Source: Prorocentrum cordatum (taxonomy: Eukaryota). From it: 57,381 bases of DNA. The stretch lies in NCBI GenBank assembly GCA_963575745.1, contig CAUYUJ010000033.1, positions 62,001-119,381 of the forward strand, written 5' to 3'. The stretch's first letter is position 1, and the number at the start of each line of letters is the position of its first letter. Under the pieces are notes generated by a model. It was not told the origin of the DNA, searched no databases, and worked only from the letters and a program-made list of their open reading frames with translations. The translations under genes were made by a program, and so were the position numbers. Below, one piece after another: positions 56,561 to 57,381 of the stretch.

Positions 56561-56834
56561 AGGCATCAATACCTGAACGGGTAGGCGAACGGACCGCGTC
56601 TTCACTTTCCGAGCTGAGTCCTGCATGCGGCGAGAAAGCGCGACGCGGATCGAGGAGAGGCGGACGGATGATGGGCACGTCGCTCATGCCAACTTTCGGA
56701 TACACCCCGTGACCGTCGCTGGCGTTGGAGATAACTGACATCCACAGCCAGGGCGCAGCAGCAGCGGCGGCGGCGCCTAGCGCAGACCACGGTTGAAAGT
56801 CGTCGGGCGCAGTCGGAGCCAAGCCCATGTAGGC

Positions 56835-57290
56835 TAATCGTGACATGGCATCTGCAAGCTCATTCCGAGGGTCGGCAGTGTCCCAGGACGTGTTTCCAAC
56901 GCACCGTGGTAAAACAGCGGAGGAGCTTCAGCGCCCCATCGAACATCCCAGAATAGTCCCCACAAGGTGAGTAGTGCGTTCCTCCTTCGGCCGACCTGAT
57001 TACCAGGATGTTGTCGGTGAAAACTTCCAGAGGCCTGGGCCTGAATCTGCTAGGAGCCTGCAACAGCCACAGCACTAGCCATAGGGCAGCTTGAAATTCA
57101 GCAGAACCTGGAGCACTTGGCAGATCGAGGAGAGAGGGGTCAACACCACATAGATAACCTTCACATGTATACTGTTGTGTGCCAGTCACTGAGTACATAC
57201 ACCAAGCCAATGACGGTGGTCCACCCAGTACTTGCGCCCGAGATCCACCAGATCCGTCCGTATGCACCTCGTACCTGATAACCTCCTCCT
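56835..57290 (-). pseudogene. RNase H domain N-terminal to the endonuclease
   Basis: VHTDGS, SAEFQA, VFTDN, WKHVLGH, then after a frameshift at ~56873 DPRNELADAMSR in frame with the APE ORF. Confidence 0.85.
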
Positions 57291-57381
57291 CGGGGGGGGG
57301 GGGGGGGAAGGGCGCCACCGCGGGGCTCAAAAAAAGGAACGTGTGCTACTATGAAGGTAAGAGGAGAAGAAGCAAGAGTCG

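Larger units (their letters stand above)
50826..57330 (-). mobile_element. Non-LTR retrotransposon (LINE) encoding RNase H-APE-RT-ZnF-DNMT, degenerate copy
   Basis: Collinear minus-strand ORF fragments 56860-57330, 55488-56846, 54123-55445, 52055-54451, 51350-51982 and 50826-51440 carry successive domain motifs; exact termini and TSD not identified. Confidence 0.92.

Noticed and set aside
57322..57335. ggctcaa next to the LINE 5' region as a relict spliced leader
   Set aside because: Only 7 nt and on the strand opposite the LINE ORF.

Overview
GC-rich, repeat-dominated eukaryotic genomic DNA, most likely from a dinoflagellate (inferred from a DNMT-carrying LINE, AG|G acceptors with GC/GT donors, and the repeat landscape). 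Almost all listed ORFs are microsatellite or satellite artefacts. Two protein-coding relics are recognisable. (1) A minus-strand non-LTR retrotransposon (~50826-57330) whose single, now frameshifted polyprotein reads RNase H - APE endonuclease - RT - 2 zinc fingers - C5 cytosine methyltransferase, and ends in a helix resembling the RPA32C-binding motif of UNG2/XPA/TIPIN/SMARCAL1. (2) A decayed IS630/Tc1/mariner transposase (~35506-36689) with a short D-31-E spacing. The main hidden structure is a set of non-autonomous elements with asymmetric short inverted repeats, terminal hairpins and no clear TSD (Helentron/HINE/Helitron2-like). Most carry their own satellite (~102, 90, 90, 73, 83 or 63 bp unit), and they form a reconstructable three-level nested insertion at 11544-19757. 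Also present: kb-scale same-strand (GTA)n fields, a cryptic 12-bp-period region, a foldback element, and candidate micro-exons of an unidentified + strand host gene.
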